Source: Candidatus Daviesbacteria bacterium (lineage in GTDB: Bacteria; Patescibacteriota; Microgenomatia; Daviesbacterales; UBA10151). Taken from it: a stretch of DNA of 64,000 nucleotides. Numbering within the stretch: the stretch's first letter is position 1; each line of letters starts with the position of its first letter. Position numbers and translations under genes: made by a program. The notes below the pieces were generated by a model. That model was not told the origin of the DNA. It was given only the letters and a program-made list of their open reading frames with translations, and made no database searches. Positions 19,100-27,581 of the stretch are shown piece after piece. The stretch lies in assembly GCA_021731695.1 (NCBI GenBank), contig JAKFWZ010000080.1:34021-98020 (forward strand). The letters run 5' to 3'.

Positions 19100-19693
19100 A
19101 TGTTACCTACGTTTGATAGAGCCAATGTACTTGTAAATCATGCACTTAATAACGGTGAATTCCAGAGGTGGCTTACTGGTGTTAATTTAAGTACACCACA
19201 CCCGCTCCTTGAGCGGGCAACCGAATTGCTTCAAGCATTATCATTAACAGATGAGCAACGTGAAATTTTGAATGCATGGGGTGTGGGAAAGTTGACAACA
19301 ACCAGAAGACTAGCTCAGATCACTTATGGATCCACAGAACCTTACTTTTTAGGTCGAATCCATGACACAAGCTCGCAAATTCGAAGAAAGTTAGGAAAAT
19401 ACGATCCTAAAGCGAAACCATTGTTTAAGTTTCAAGGGGTGATCAAAGGAATTGGCGTAACCACCCGTTTACAACCTAATCAACTCGCAGCGATATTTGA
19501 GTTGAGAAGAGCTAATGAAAAATTTTATCCGAAAGAATTATTATCTGAAAAATTAACTGGTCGCCAGGATAAGACAGGAATCCATCATACAGTTGCTGTG
19601 ATTTGCCGAGCTCAGGCTATTTTACCTCCAAACCTAAAAATTGAGTCAGCAACTCATTTTTCAGCCTATAGACTGGTTAGTATCGGATCTTAA
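19100..19693 (+). CDS. hypothetical protein, possible winged-helix DNA-binding domain
   Basis: start moved to ATG 19100 (TATAAT 6 nt upstream); C-terminus resembles OmpR-type wHTH. Confidence 0.5.
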   Translation: MLPTFDRANVLVNHALNNGEFQRWLTGVNLSTPHPLLERATELLQALSLTDEQREILNAWGVGKLTTTRRLAQITYGSTEPYFLGRIHDTSSQIRRKLGKYDPKAKPLFKFQGVIKGIGVTTRLQPNQLAAIFELRRANEKFYPKELLSEKLTGRQDKTGIHHTVAVICRAQAILPPNLKIESATHFSAYRLVSIGS

Positions 19694-20244
19694 ATCTGCA
19701 TCAGATCTTCCTGCTTCTGTTTAACTAAAGAATCAAACTCCAGATTAGCTTTATCAACAATTTCCTGCATTAATTTTTCTCTTCTATACAATTCATCTTC
19801 CCCTATTTCCCCGGCAGTTTTTTCCTTTGCCCATTCATCTTTTTGATCCTGACGATGCTGCCTTATTGAAATTTTTGCTTCCTCGCCTTTAGTATGCGCA
19901 ACTTTTACAAATTCCTGGCGTCTTTCCTCAGTTAGGGGCGGAATCGGAACCCGTACAACTTGTCCTTCTGTTGAAGGAGTTAAACCTAAATTTGCACTCA
20001 TAATCGCTTTCTCAACATCACGGGTTAAGCCACCATCCCAAACTTGAATAGTTAAAAGTGCTGGTTGAGGTGTTGTAATAGTTCCAACTTCCATAAGTTT
20101 CATCTGGGCACCATAAGCATTAATCGGAATGTTTTCTATGAGTGAAGGGTTTGCACGGCCTGCACGAATTGCAGACAATTCTTTTTGAAGGTGTTCTAAC
20201 GAATCCTGAATTTTTTGTGAAAAGGTTAAAAGATTTGGGTCCAT
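19690..20244 (-). CDS. frr: ribosome recycling factor
   Basis: IRAGRANP, PPLTEERR. Confidence 0.97.
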   Translation of the reverse strand: MDPNLLTFSQKIQDSLEHLQKELSAIRAGRANPSLIENIPINAYGAQMKLMEVGTITTPQPALLTIQVWDGGLTRDVEKAIMSANLGLTPSTEGQVVRVPIPPLTEERRQEFVKVAHTKGEEAKISIRQHRQDQKDEWAKEKTAGEIGEDELYRREKLMQEIVDKANLEFDSLVKQKQEDLMQI

Positions 20245-20257
20245 TTTGAATTAAGTT

Positions 20258-20435
20258 TCCAAGAAATAAGCAGAGCTTGCGATTCTACGAATCTAAAGCA
20301 TAGCTTGCGAGCTTGCGCTCTTAAGATACAAGTATTCCAAACAATAATCAATATTAAAACTTTCAAATCTAAAATATTTGATTATTGAAAATTGTTATTT
20401 GGAGCTTGTTTGTTTCTTGCGTCTTGGACACTTGG
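20258..20435. repeat. CAAGAAA/TTTCTTG inverted heptamer array with nested AAGCANAGCTTGCG units
   Basis: similar to 54894-54993. Confidence 0.7.
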
Positions 20436-20891
20436 TTATTGACCTAAGGCTATTCTTGAGAATTTGCCGATTTTAATATTTTCACCAAGCTTGGCAATTG
20501 CTGATTTAATTAAATCACCAACTTTTTGAGAAGGATCACGGACATAATCCTGGTCCATTAATTCATCAGCATCTTTAGGATTCATGGAAGCGATTTGCAA
20601 AGCGAGTTCGTGTGCTAAAGTTTTAAAATCTTCAGTTTTTGCAACAAAATCTGTTTCGCATAAAACTTCAACCAAAACTCCAACTCTTCCGCTGTGAGAA
20701 TAGGTTTCAACAACACCAGCACCAGTTTCTCTGTCTGATTTTTCGCCTGCTTTATCTAAACCTTTTTTATGGAGAATTTCTTTTGCTTTTTCGATATCAC
20801 CTTTGGATTCTTCAAGTGCATTTCTGCAGGCTGCAATTCCTGCGCCTGTTTGATTTCTAAGCTCTTTAACTAAATCAACTGATATTGTCAT
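20436..20891 (-). CDS. tsf: elongation factor Ts (short form)
   Basis: VKELR..TGAG, CETDFVA, GENIKI. Confidence 0.96.
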   Translation of the reverse strand: MTISVDLVKELRNQTGAGIAACRNALEESKGDIEKAKEILHKKGLDKAGEKSDRETGAGVVETYSHSGRVGVLVEVLCETDFVAKTEDFKTLAHELALQIASMNPKDADELMDQDYVRDPSQKVGDLIKSAIAKLGENIKIGKFSRIALGQ

Positions 20892-20998
20892 AATTTGAAA
20901 TTCGAAATTTTAAATTTGAATTCAATATCAAATATTTTAAAATTTAAATTTTAAAATTAGTATTTGATTTAAAATTTCAAACTGAAAATTTAAAATTA
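20892..20998. repeat. AT-rich AAATTTN inverted heptamer array
   Basis: aatttgaaattcgaaattttaaatttg...aaatttcaaactgaaaatttaaaatt. Confidence 0.7.
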
Positions 20999-21000
20999 TT

Positions 21001-21861
21001 CTACCTTTCTCGAGCTCTCTTCAACAACTTTTTCTCAACTTCTTCCTCAATAGCTGCAGCTTCCTGCGCCAATTCTTCATCTAAAACCTCTTCTTTTGCG
21101 CTTGTCTCAGTTTCCTTAGTCGCTTTAGTTGCCTTAGTCTCCTTAGTTACCACTTCTCCTACCTTTATTCCGGCATCTTTTTTGCCCTGAGCATAAGCTC
21201 TTAAAACTGTTTCACAAATTATCTTAATAGCTTTAATACCATCATCGTTTGAGGCAACCGGCCAGTCAAACCATGTCGGATCAGCGTTTGTATCGCAAAG
21301 GCCAAAAACTTTAACTCCGGTTTTGTTTGCTTCTCTAACGGCAATATTATCTCCGACTGCATCAACTACGAAAATCGCATCAGGCATCTTAGCCATATCG
21401 ACGATTCCACCCATATCCTTATCGAATTTGATAAGTTTTTTACCTATCAGCATCTGTTCTCTTTTGGTGTATCGGGAAAGTGTGCCTTTTTCCTGTTCAG
21501 TTTTTAACTCTGAGAGTTTTTTGATATTTTTTCTGATTTCGTCAAAGTTAGTTAAAATTCCACCAGCCCATTTGTGCGCAAGAAAATAAGTATCAGCTTC
21601 TTTTGCTAAGGATTCAACTAATTCCTGAGCCTGTTTTTTAGTTCCTACGATTAACATGACTCCACCTGCTTTTCCTAAATCGTAGGCCGCCTGAGTTGCT
21701 TCTTTAAGTTGAGATTCTGAAACTGCGAGGTCAATAATATGAACTCCATCTCTCGCGCCGAAGATATACCTTTTCATTTTAGGATGACCACGGGAGATCT
21801 TGTGTCCGAAGTGGACACCAGCTCCGAGTAATTCCTGCATATCAGGTGTTTTAATTGTCAT
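21001..21861 (-). CDS. rpsB: 30S ribosomal protein S2
   Basis: AGVHFGH, HIIDL, W.GG.LTN, DTN.DP, NDD. Confidence 0.98.
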   Translation of the reverse strand: MTIKTPDMQELLGAGVHFGHKISRGHPKMKRYIFGARDGVHIIDLAVSESQLKEATQAAYDLGKAGGVMLIVGTKKQAQELVESLAKEADTYFLAHKWAGGILTNFDEIRKNIKKLSELKTEQEKGTLSRYTKREQMLIGKKLIKFDKDMGGIVDMAKMPDAIFVVDAVGDNIAVREANKTGVKVFGLCDTNADPTWFDWPVASNDDGIKAIKIICETVLRAYAQGKKDAGIKVGEVVTKETKATKATKETETSAKEEVLDEELAQEAAAIEEEVEKKLLKRARER

Positions 21862-21865
21862 AAAT

Positions 21866-21954
21866 GTTATTGGTTAGTTGGTTATTGGTTCATAGTACCC
21901 CAAACAAAAATATGTTTTAGTTGGCGATGAACCAACTAACTATGAACAAATCAC
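21866..21954. repeat. GGTTANT/ANTAACC inverted heptamer array in the rpsB leader
   Basis: gttattggttagttggttattggttcatag...gatgaaccaactaactatgaac. Confidence 0.75.
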
Positions 21955-22140
21955 AAAAAAGGAAAAAACCTAATGATTCCTTAACCTCTTCAGTACTAGT
22001 GAATTCAGGAATCTAAAGTACTGAATGTGTGATTTGGGTAGTTTATATTAATCTGAGCCTAAAAGTCAACCACAATCATGCGAACTGATTGTGGTCAACG
22101 ATCTTTATTAATTTAATAATTTTGTTATTATGGGATCTTA

Positions 22141-22608
22141 ATGATAGACAGAGCAGCCAACTCAGGAATCAACCCACTTCAGGAACGGGTAATTGTGCCT
22201 GTTGAAAAAGTTAACGGTTCCGCAAATCTGTATTTCAAAGACGAGGATTATCCGGTTTTAAAAACAGCACTTCATGCACGATCCGGAGGATGCGAACACC
22301 CTGAAGGATGTCCCATATCGAGCATGGACAGACTCACAATTGATCATTTCACACCCAGATGTATCGCTGCGATATTGGGTTGGACTTACGAAGAAGCTAA
22401 TCGTTTAGATAACTTGCAGTTGCTTTGCGTACCTCATCATATGGAAAAAGATGAGACAACTGAATCAAGACTAAGACAGCTCATGCGACAAACTGGGGGT
22501 GGTTTTGTGGGAAGAGATTTCTTCGACATAATGGAAGAAAAATATGGAATTACAAGACCTAAGGCTTTTTTTCAAACAATCCCCCAGCCACAGTTAACTC
22601 GCCCTTAA
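22141..22608 (+). CDS. HNH endonuclease family protein
   Basis: CEHPEGC...LTIDHFTP...NRLDNLQLLCVPHH..K. Confidence 0.75.
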   Translation: MIDRAANSGINPLQERVIVPVEKVNGSANLYFKDEDYPVLKTALHARSGGCEHPEGCPISSMDRLTIDHFTPRCIAAILGWTYEEANRLDNLQLLCVPHHMEKDETTESRLRQLMRQTGGGFVGRDFFDIMEEKYGITRPKAFFQTIPQPQLTRP

Positions 22609-23527
22609 GTCCCGGATGCGGATCGTAGCCGATAAGCTCAACGGAATCAGCCTTAAAATCATCAATGTCTTTAACTGTTTTATCAATCTTTACCTCAGGA
22701 AACTTTTTCGGTTTTCTTTTTAATTGCTCCTTAACCTGATCAATATGATTTTCATAAATATGCGCGTCACCGAATGTATGCACGAATTCTCCGGGCTTCA
22801 CTTTCAGGATTTGAGCCAGAACAATAGTTAACAATGCATAAGAAGCAATGTTAAACGGAACTCCTAAGAATAAATCAGCGCTTCTTTGATAAAGCTGGAG
22901 ATATAATTTCCCGTCTTTAATCGACATCTGGAACATGTTGTGGCAAATCGGGAAACGCGAAGCATCATCAAGCCGCGCCATGTTATATAAATATTCAGGA
23001 TTCCATGAATTGACTATCGCGTTGCGGGCATAAGGATCCTCGCGAAGTTCAGAAACTGCCCATTTTAACTGGTCAATTCCCTTACCATACCTCGTAGGCC
23101 AACTTCTCCACATCTCCCCGTAAATCCTGGGTAATTCCCCCCATTTTTTAGCAAACTTCGGATCCCCCGCAATCTTTTCAATAAACTCCTCTTTTGTGAT
23201 TATTTGTTTCTTGTTACTTGTATCTTGTTTCTTAGCGAAGATCTTATAAGGATAATCGTCCCAAATATGGACATTATTATCGACGAGATATTTTATATTT
23301 GTGTCCCCTTTCATGAACCAGACAAGCTCATGAATCACCCCTTTCCAGTAAACCTTTTTTGTAGTGAGAATAGGGAAGCCTTTTGAAAGATCATAACGGG
23401 TTTGACGGCCGAATAAAGAAAGTGATCTCACGCCCGTTCCACGATCAATATTCCAAACCCCGTCCTTTAAAACTTCTTTGAGTAAATCGAGGTATTGATA
23501 TTCGGGGTGTTTAGTAGATTGCTTCAT
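22559..23527 (-). CDS. thyA: thymidylate synthase
   Basis: DRGTG, GFPILTTKK, PICH, YQRSADLFLGVPFNIASY. Confidence 0.97.
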   Translation of the reverse strand: MKQSTKHPEYQYLDLLKEVLKDGVWNIDRGTGVRSLSLFGRQTRYDLSKGFPILTTKKVYWKGVIHELVWFMKGDTNIKYLVDNNVHIWDDYPYKIFAKKQDTSNKKQIITKEEFIEKIAGDPKFAKKWGELPRIYGEMWRSWPTRYGKGIDQLKWAVSELREDPYARNAIVNSWNPEYLYNMARLDDASRFPICHNMFQMSIKDGKLYLQLYQRSADLFLGVPFNIASYALLTIVLAQILKVKPGEFVHTFGDAHIYENHIDQVKEQLKRKPKKFPEVKIDKTVKDIDDFKADSVELIGYDPHPGLKGELTVAGGLFEKKP

Positions 23528-23550
23528 TGCTGAATTGCTAAATTGTTATT

Positions 23551-23650
23551 CGTCATTGCGATATCACGTAGTGAAGAAGCAATCTCAGTCTCTCTGGGAT
23601 TGCCGCGTCAGCCAGAGGCTTCCTCGCAATGACGCTTCGCTCGCAATGAC
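23551..23650. repeat. CGTC/RPE-like element with duplicated right end
   Basis: cgtcattgcgatatc...ctcgcaatgacgcttcgctcgcaatgac. Confidence 0.9.
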
Positions 23651-23741
23651 AGAAACGGAACAATCATTATATGAGCTATTTTGAAGTAAGTGTCAAGAAG
23701 GAAAAATTGACTATATTTCAATGCGTTGGTAAAGTTTCTTT

Positions 23742-23924
23742 ATGTTTACCATAACAAGATCCCAAATAAAAGTTCTTTCTACAATCTCATCTAATTTTGC
23801 AGTTGTTTGGATTGTGGCTTCTTTCGCTTCACCCGGTATTTTTTCGTTGATCTTAAATCTTTTATCGGCTATAATATCATTAATTATTGCAGTAAAATCA
23901 GAAGAAATCTTGGAGGAACTATGA
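23742..23924 (+). CDS. small hypothetical membrane protein
   Basis: 60 aa, two hydrophobic segments. Confidence 0.6.
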   Translation: MFTITRSQIKVLSTISSNFAVVWIVASFASPGIFSLILNLLSAIISLIIAVKSEEILEEL

Positions 23925-24031
23925 CTAATCTTGAACAAATTTTCACACTGGGTAATATTGCTACAGCTCTCTTCGCAATTGCATTCTTTTTAGCATACTT
24001 GTCTTTTCGCAAAAAACCCCGCAAACACTAA
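23921..24031 (+). CDS. small single-pass membrane peptide
   Basis: MTNLEQIFTLGNIATALFAIAFFLAYLSFRKKPRKH; GGAGG site and ATGA overlap. Confidence 0.6.
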   Translation: MTNLEQIFTLGNIATALFAIAFFLAYLSFRKKPRKH

Positions 24032-24161
24032 TAATTCTAGTCCAGATTTCCGCAGGTTTATGGCGGATTTACACAGAAATTCTTATCCGCGGACATCAGT
24101 AATAAATCCGTGATTATCTTGCGATTTTTAGAAGTAAGTGTCAAGAAGGAAAAATTAAGCT

Positions 24162-25010
24162 TTAATTCGTTTCTGTAAATTCATGCACAACAGAACTAGC
24201 ATCCATAAATTCAATTAGTCGTTCCCCAAACTCTGTTATAAACTGAACAGTACCACTACCACCATTAAATGTTCCGATCGCAGGATCATTGCCCTGTTTA
24301 AATATTCCGCGTGAGTTATATTCAGCCCAATATTCGCCGAACTGAAATCTTTTTTTCTCTTCTTCTGCACCGAATAAATCAAACGCTTTTCTGCTTTCTT
24401 CGTTTTTATTTCTATTAAACTCTTTTTCCACCCTCTGCTTTTCTTGTTGATACCAAGAATTGTAGTCATGACTAATTGGACTAGTTTTTTTAAGAAAGCC
24501 TCTGTATTCCGTATCTGTAAAACCCAGTTTTTGAGATTTTTCTGGCTTACCCCTTAAATTCAATTCTCTAATAGGAAAAATTTCTGTTTTTATAAAGGCT
24601 AAATGCTGAATCGCAGGCAACGACATAGCTAATGCAGTCTCCTGCAATCTTTCCAAATTATCTTTTGCGTATTCATCAGCATTTAAATAGGCACCAATAA
24701 AAGCTTTTTTGATTACTTCTTGCCGCTCGCTCTCTTTAGCATAGATTAGGTTCATTAACGTTGATCCTAAAGCCTGCTGAAATTCAGCACTCTGTATAAC
24801 TTTCTGAGTAACTTTATCAAATTCAAAAACTTCTTTAGCAAATTTCTCTGTTTCCGAAGGAACTAATTCTAGCAACATATAGTATGGAACTTTGACTGCC
24901 AGTGATGCTGTTGAAAGGTAAACTCTTAGCCCTGGATCTGGAATCTGAGCAATAGCATGATCAATAAGGGAAATTGCTGCCCCCGCCATCGCTTTTTTTA
25001 ACTTGCCCAT
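24162..25010 (-). CDS. hypothetical protein
   Basis: 282-aa ORF directly after dcd. Confidence 0.75.
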   Translation of the reverse strand: MGKLKKAMAGAAISLIDHAIAQIPDPGLRVYLSTASLAVKVPYYMLLELVPSETEKFAKEVFEFDKVTQKVIQSAEFQQALGSTLMNLIYAKESERQEVIKKAFIGAYLNADEYAKDNLERLQETALAMSLPAIQHLAFIKTEIFPIRELNLRGKPEKSQKLGFTDTEYRGFLKKTSPISHDYNSWYQQEKQRVEKEFNRNKNEESRKAFDLFGAEEEKKRFQFGEYWAEYNSRGIFKQGNDPAIGTFNGGSGTVQFITEFGERLIEFMDASSVVHEFTETN

Positions 25011-25013
25011 ATG

Positions 25014-25583
25014 TTAAACTTGCTTCTCAACTTTTTCTGCTGTGACTCTTCCACCCTGGTTCTGACCCCTGTACATTACCGTCTCACCTTCTATTTTAAA
25101 GAAAACCATATTGCAGATTCTCGCACCCATTTGGAGCTTTACGGGAAACGGGGATAAATTAACCATTCCGAAAATTAATTTCCCTTTATAACCAGGATCA
25201 GTTTTTGAATTGAGCATTAATATTCCGGCTCTGAAAAGTGAGGAGCGGGGATAAACCACAGGCATTAAATCGTGAGGAGTGTTAACTGTTTCAACGGTTT
25301 GAGCTAAGTAATACTGCCCAGGCTTCAGACTCACACTCTTTTGTGTGACAGCTGACGACTGATAGCTCGCAATCTCCTTTGTCTCCACCCCTTTTCTTTT
25401 TCCTAATCCAGCTTCCCCGTCAGCTTCAATAAACGCCCCACCTTTTTTAATTTGAAAAAGCGCTCCTAATCTAAAATCAACTCCAACACCTTCAGGGTTT
25501 TTAAGCTCACGCTCGCCAAGGTCTTCGATCAAACCTTCTTCCTGAATACGTATCAATATTTGATTAATTCCTAAAACAGGCAT
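25014..25583 (-). CDS. dCTP deaminase/dUTPase family protein
   Basis: PRSSLFRAG, DPGYKG.L, GARIC. Confidence 0.88.
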   Translation of the reverse strand: MPVLGINQILIRIQEEGLIEDLGERELKNPEGVGVDFRLGALFQIKKGGAFIEADGEAGLGKRKGVETKEIASYQSSAVTQKSVSLKPGQYYLAQTVETVNTPHDLMPVVYPRSSLFRAGILMLNSKTDPGYKGKLIFGMVNLSPFPVKLQMGARICNMVFFKIEGETVMYRGQNQGGRVTAEKVEKQV

Positions 25584-25591
25584 AGATTTTT

Positions 25592-25826
25592 GTCATTACG
25601 AGGAACGACCTGCCTGACGGCAGGCAGGAGCGACGTAGTAATCTTGATTCTGTCATTCCGGTGAAAACCTGCCTGACGGCAGACAGGCCGGAATCCAGGC
25701 AAAAACATCTGGATCCCAGATCTCCCCTTGTCAAAATGCTTTGCATTTTGCAAGCGACCTCCTGGCTACGCCAGTCCGGTAGTCTGGGATGACAATCGAG
25801 ATTGCGACGCTAACGCTCGCAATGAC
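25592..25826. repeat. nested composite of CGTC elements and three smaller inserts
   Basis: outer gtcattacgag..ctcgcaatgac, inner gtcattccgg..ctgggatgac (25652-25793). Confidence 0.9.
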
Positions 25827-25832
25827 ACAGCG

Positions 25833-26468
25833 TTACTTTTTCTTTTTATTCTTAACAGCTTTTTTGCCCATAATATTCGAAACATCTGGTCTATCAGACC
25901 CGCCATACCTATTATTCGGATTATCATCATAAGATCTCTCAACAGGCGCCGGAAGTTTTTCAAAAGAAAACGCGCAAATCGGCGCTCCTTCATAAATAAT
26001 AATTTTTTTGCCTCTTAAAAAGGTTCCGAATTCGAGCACTGGACAACCATCCCATCCCGGATCAAATCTCGCAGCTGTTGAATGAACAACAACTCCGATA
26101 CGGGCGAGTGATGATTTTCCGTGAAGATGACCGATCATATCATCAGGCAATGTTAAGCGCTCAGCTGTTGTAGCAATCACAAATTGATCATCAGTCAAAA
26201 TAAACGGCTGGCCGGGTTTAAGTTCAACATATTCCATCATCGACTCCATTTCCTCTTTTGAAGTATGCAAAGTATCAATCGTTTCCCAGCCCTGTTTCTT
26301 AAAAACCTTTAAGTGTTTACCGAGATGGAAATCAATCGTAACTTCATCAACAACAGAATCTAAATCTACAGGCATTGGATCGATTTTAATTTCCCCGCTT
26401 TTAATTGCTTCCTTAATCGCCCAATCCGGAAGTGTTCCTATCATGCCTTGTATATTTCTTTTAGCCAT
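25833..26468 (-). CDS. dcd: dCTP deaminase
   Basis: GKSSLARIG..VH.TA..FDPGW.G...LE. Confidence 0.92.
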   Translation of the reverse strand: MAKRNIQGMIGTLPDWAIKEAIKSGEIKIDPMPVDLDSVVDEVTIDFHLGKHLKVFKKQGWETIDTLHTSKEEMESMMEYVELKPGQPFILTDDQFVIATTAERLTLPDDMIGHLHGKSSLARIGVVVHSTAARFDPGWDGCPVLEFGTFLRGKKIIIYEGAPICAFSFEKLPAPVERSYDDNPNNRYGGSDRPDVSNIMGKKAVKNKKKK

Positions 26469-26475
26469 ATGCTTA

Positions 26476-26643
26476 GTCATTCAGAGCGCATGTAATGCGC
26501 GTAGGAATCCTGATTATTTTTGTCATTCCGGTGAAAACCGGAATCCAGGCTTTGTTTTTCTGGATCCCGAATCAAGTTCGGGATGACAACAATCAAGATT
26601 GCTCTTTCGAAAGTCGTTCAGACTTTCTCACGCTCGCAATGAC
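26476..26643. repeat. nested CGTC-family composite
   Basis: gtcattcagagcgc..[gtcattccgg..cgggatgac]..ctcgcaatgac. Confidence 0.88.
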
Positions 26644-26675
26644 AGCTAATAACTTATCCGAAAAGGGTGTTTTTA

Positions 26676-27314
26676 TCAAGAGGGAGATTGCAAAAGCTTT
26701 GTTTCAACTTCTTTCCAAATCTCAGCCTGGATTTCTTCCCTAGTTTTAGCTCCATCCATAATCACAGCATCATCCATTTCCTCAAACACTTCCAAAAACC
26801 CTTCTCGCCGAGTTCGCAAAACATCAATTTCAAAACTGTTGTAGGCATGAATTTCAGTTCCCCTTCCTTCGTTTTCGCGTTTTAAAATCTCCTCTGCAGG
26901 AACATCAATCAAAATCGAAAGATCTGGTTTTAAATGCTGCGAGGCTTTTTCGCCCTGAGTTTTGATCATATTTTTATCAAGCCCTTCCTGATAGCCCTGA
27001 TAAACGATAGCTGAAGCTATAAATCTCGTTAAAATAATCCATTTTCCTGAGGCTAAAGATGGGATTATTAATTCATCAACAAGAGATTTAAGAGCTTTAA
27101 ACAAAAAATCCAATTCCTCATCAGGTGTTAAAACTCCGGCTTCTTTTTTCTCCAAAAGCTGCTGACGCATTTTCTCTGCAAAATCAGTCCCTCCGGGATG
27201 TCTTAAAGAAATCGTCTCAATGCCTTTCTCGTTTAAAACCTGGGCTAACATATTAGCCTGCGTAGTTTTACCCGTAAACCCCTGCCCTTCAATAACGATG
27301 AAACGTCCGTTCAT
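26676..27314 (-). CDS. tmk: thymidylate kinase
   Basis: FIVIEG...TGKTTQ, PGGT, YQG, PDL...DV. Confidence 0.88.
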   Translation of the reverse strand: MNGRFIVIEGQGFTGKTTQANMLAQVLNEKGIETISLRHPGGTDFAEKMRQQLLEKKEAGVLTPDEELDFLFKALKSLVDELIIPSLASGKWIILTRFIASAIVYQGYQEGLDKNMIKTQGEKASQHLKPDLSILIDVPAEEILKRENEGRGTEIHAYNSFEIDVLRTRREGFLEVFEEMDDAVIMDGAKTREEIQAEIWKEVETKLLQSPS

Positions 27315-27354
27315 AATAACCAACATACAAGTTTTCCAAGTAAATCACAATATT

Positions 27355-27524
27355 GCGAGCTTGAAACAAAGCGCGTATAGAATTTTTGAGCGAGTTATCA
27401 GGGGATTTCGGTTTTTTGCGATTAGCAAAAAAGCCGAAGGGGTAAGGTTCCCCGATTAGCGAACGAAAAAATTTAGCGCGACTTTCCGCGAGTAGAGTTT
27501 TGCTACTTTTGCGGTCAAAAGTAG
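27355..27524 (+). repeat. structured repeat, copy D
   Basis: ends ctacttttg-cggt-caaaagtag. Confidence 0.85.
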
Positions 27525-27540
27525 GAAGAAAAATAAACAA

Positions 27541-27579
27541 AATCAAGATTGCCACGCCACTTCGTGGTCTCGCAATGAC
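27541..27579. repeat. CGTC-family right half element
   Basis: aagattgccacgccacttcgtggtctcgcaatgac. Confidence 0.8.
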
Positions 27580-27581
27580 AA

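Noticed and set aside
22069-22093. Hairpin ccacaatca..tgattgtgg between rpsB and the HNH gene
   Set aside because: Single copy with no U-tract; no function can be supported
25564-26885. Short ORFs over the nested repeats (25564, 25571, 25728, 25766, 26495, 26667)
   Set aside because: Spurious frames in palindromic DNA or shadows of dcd and tmk
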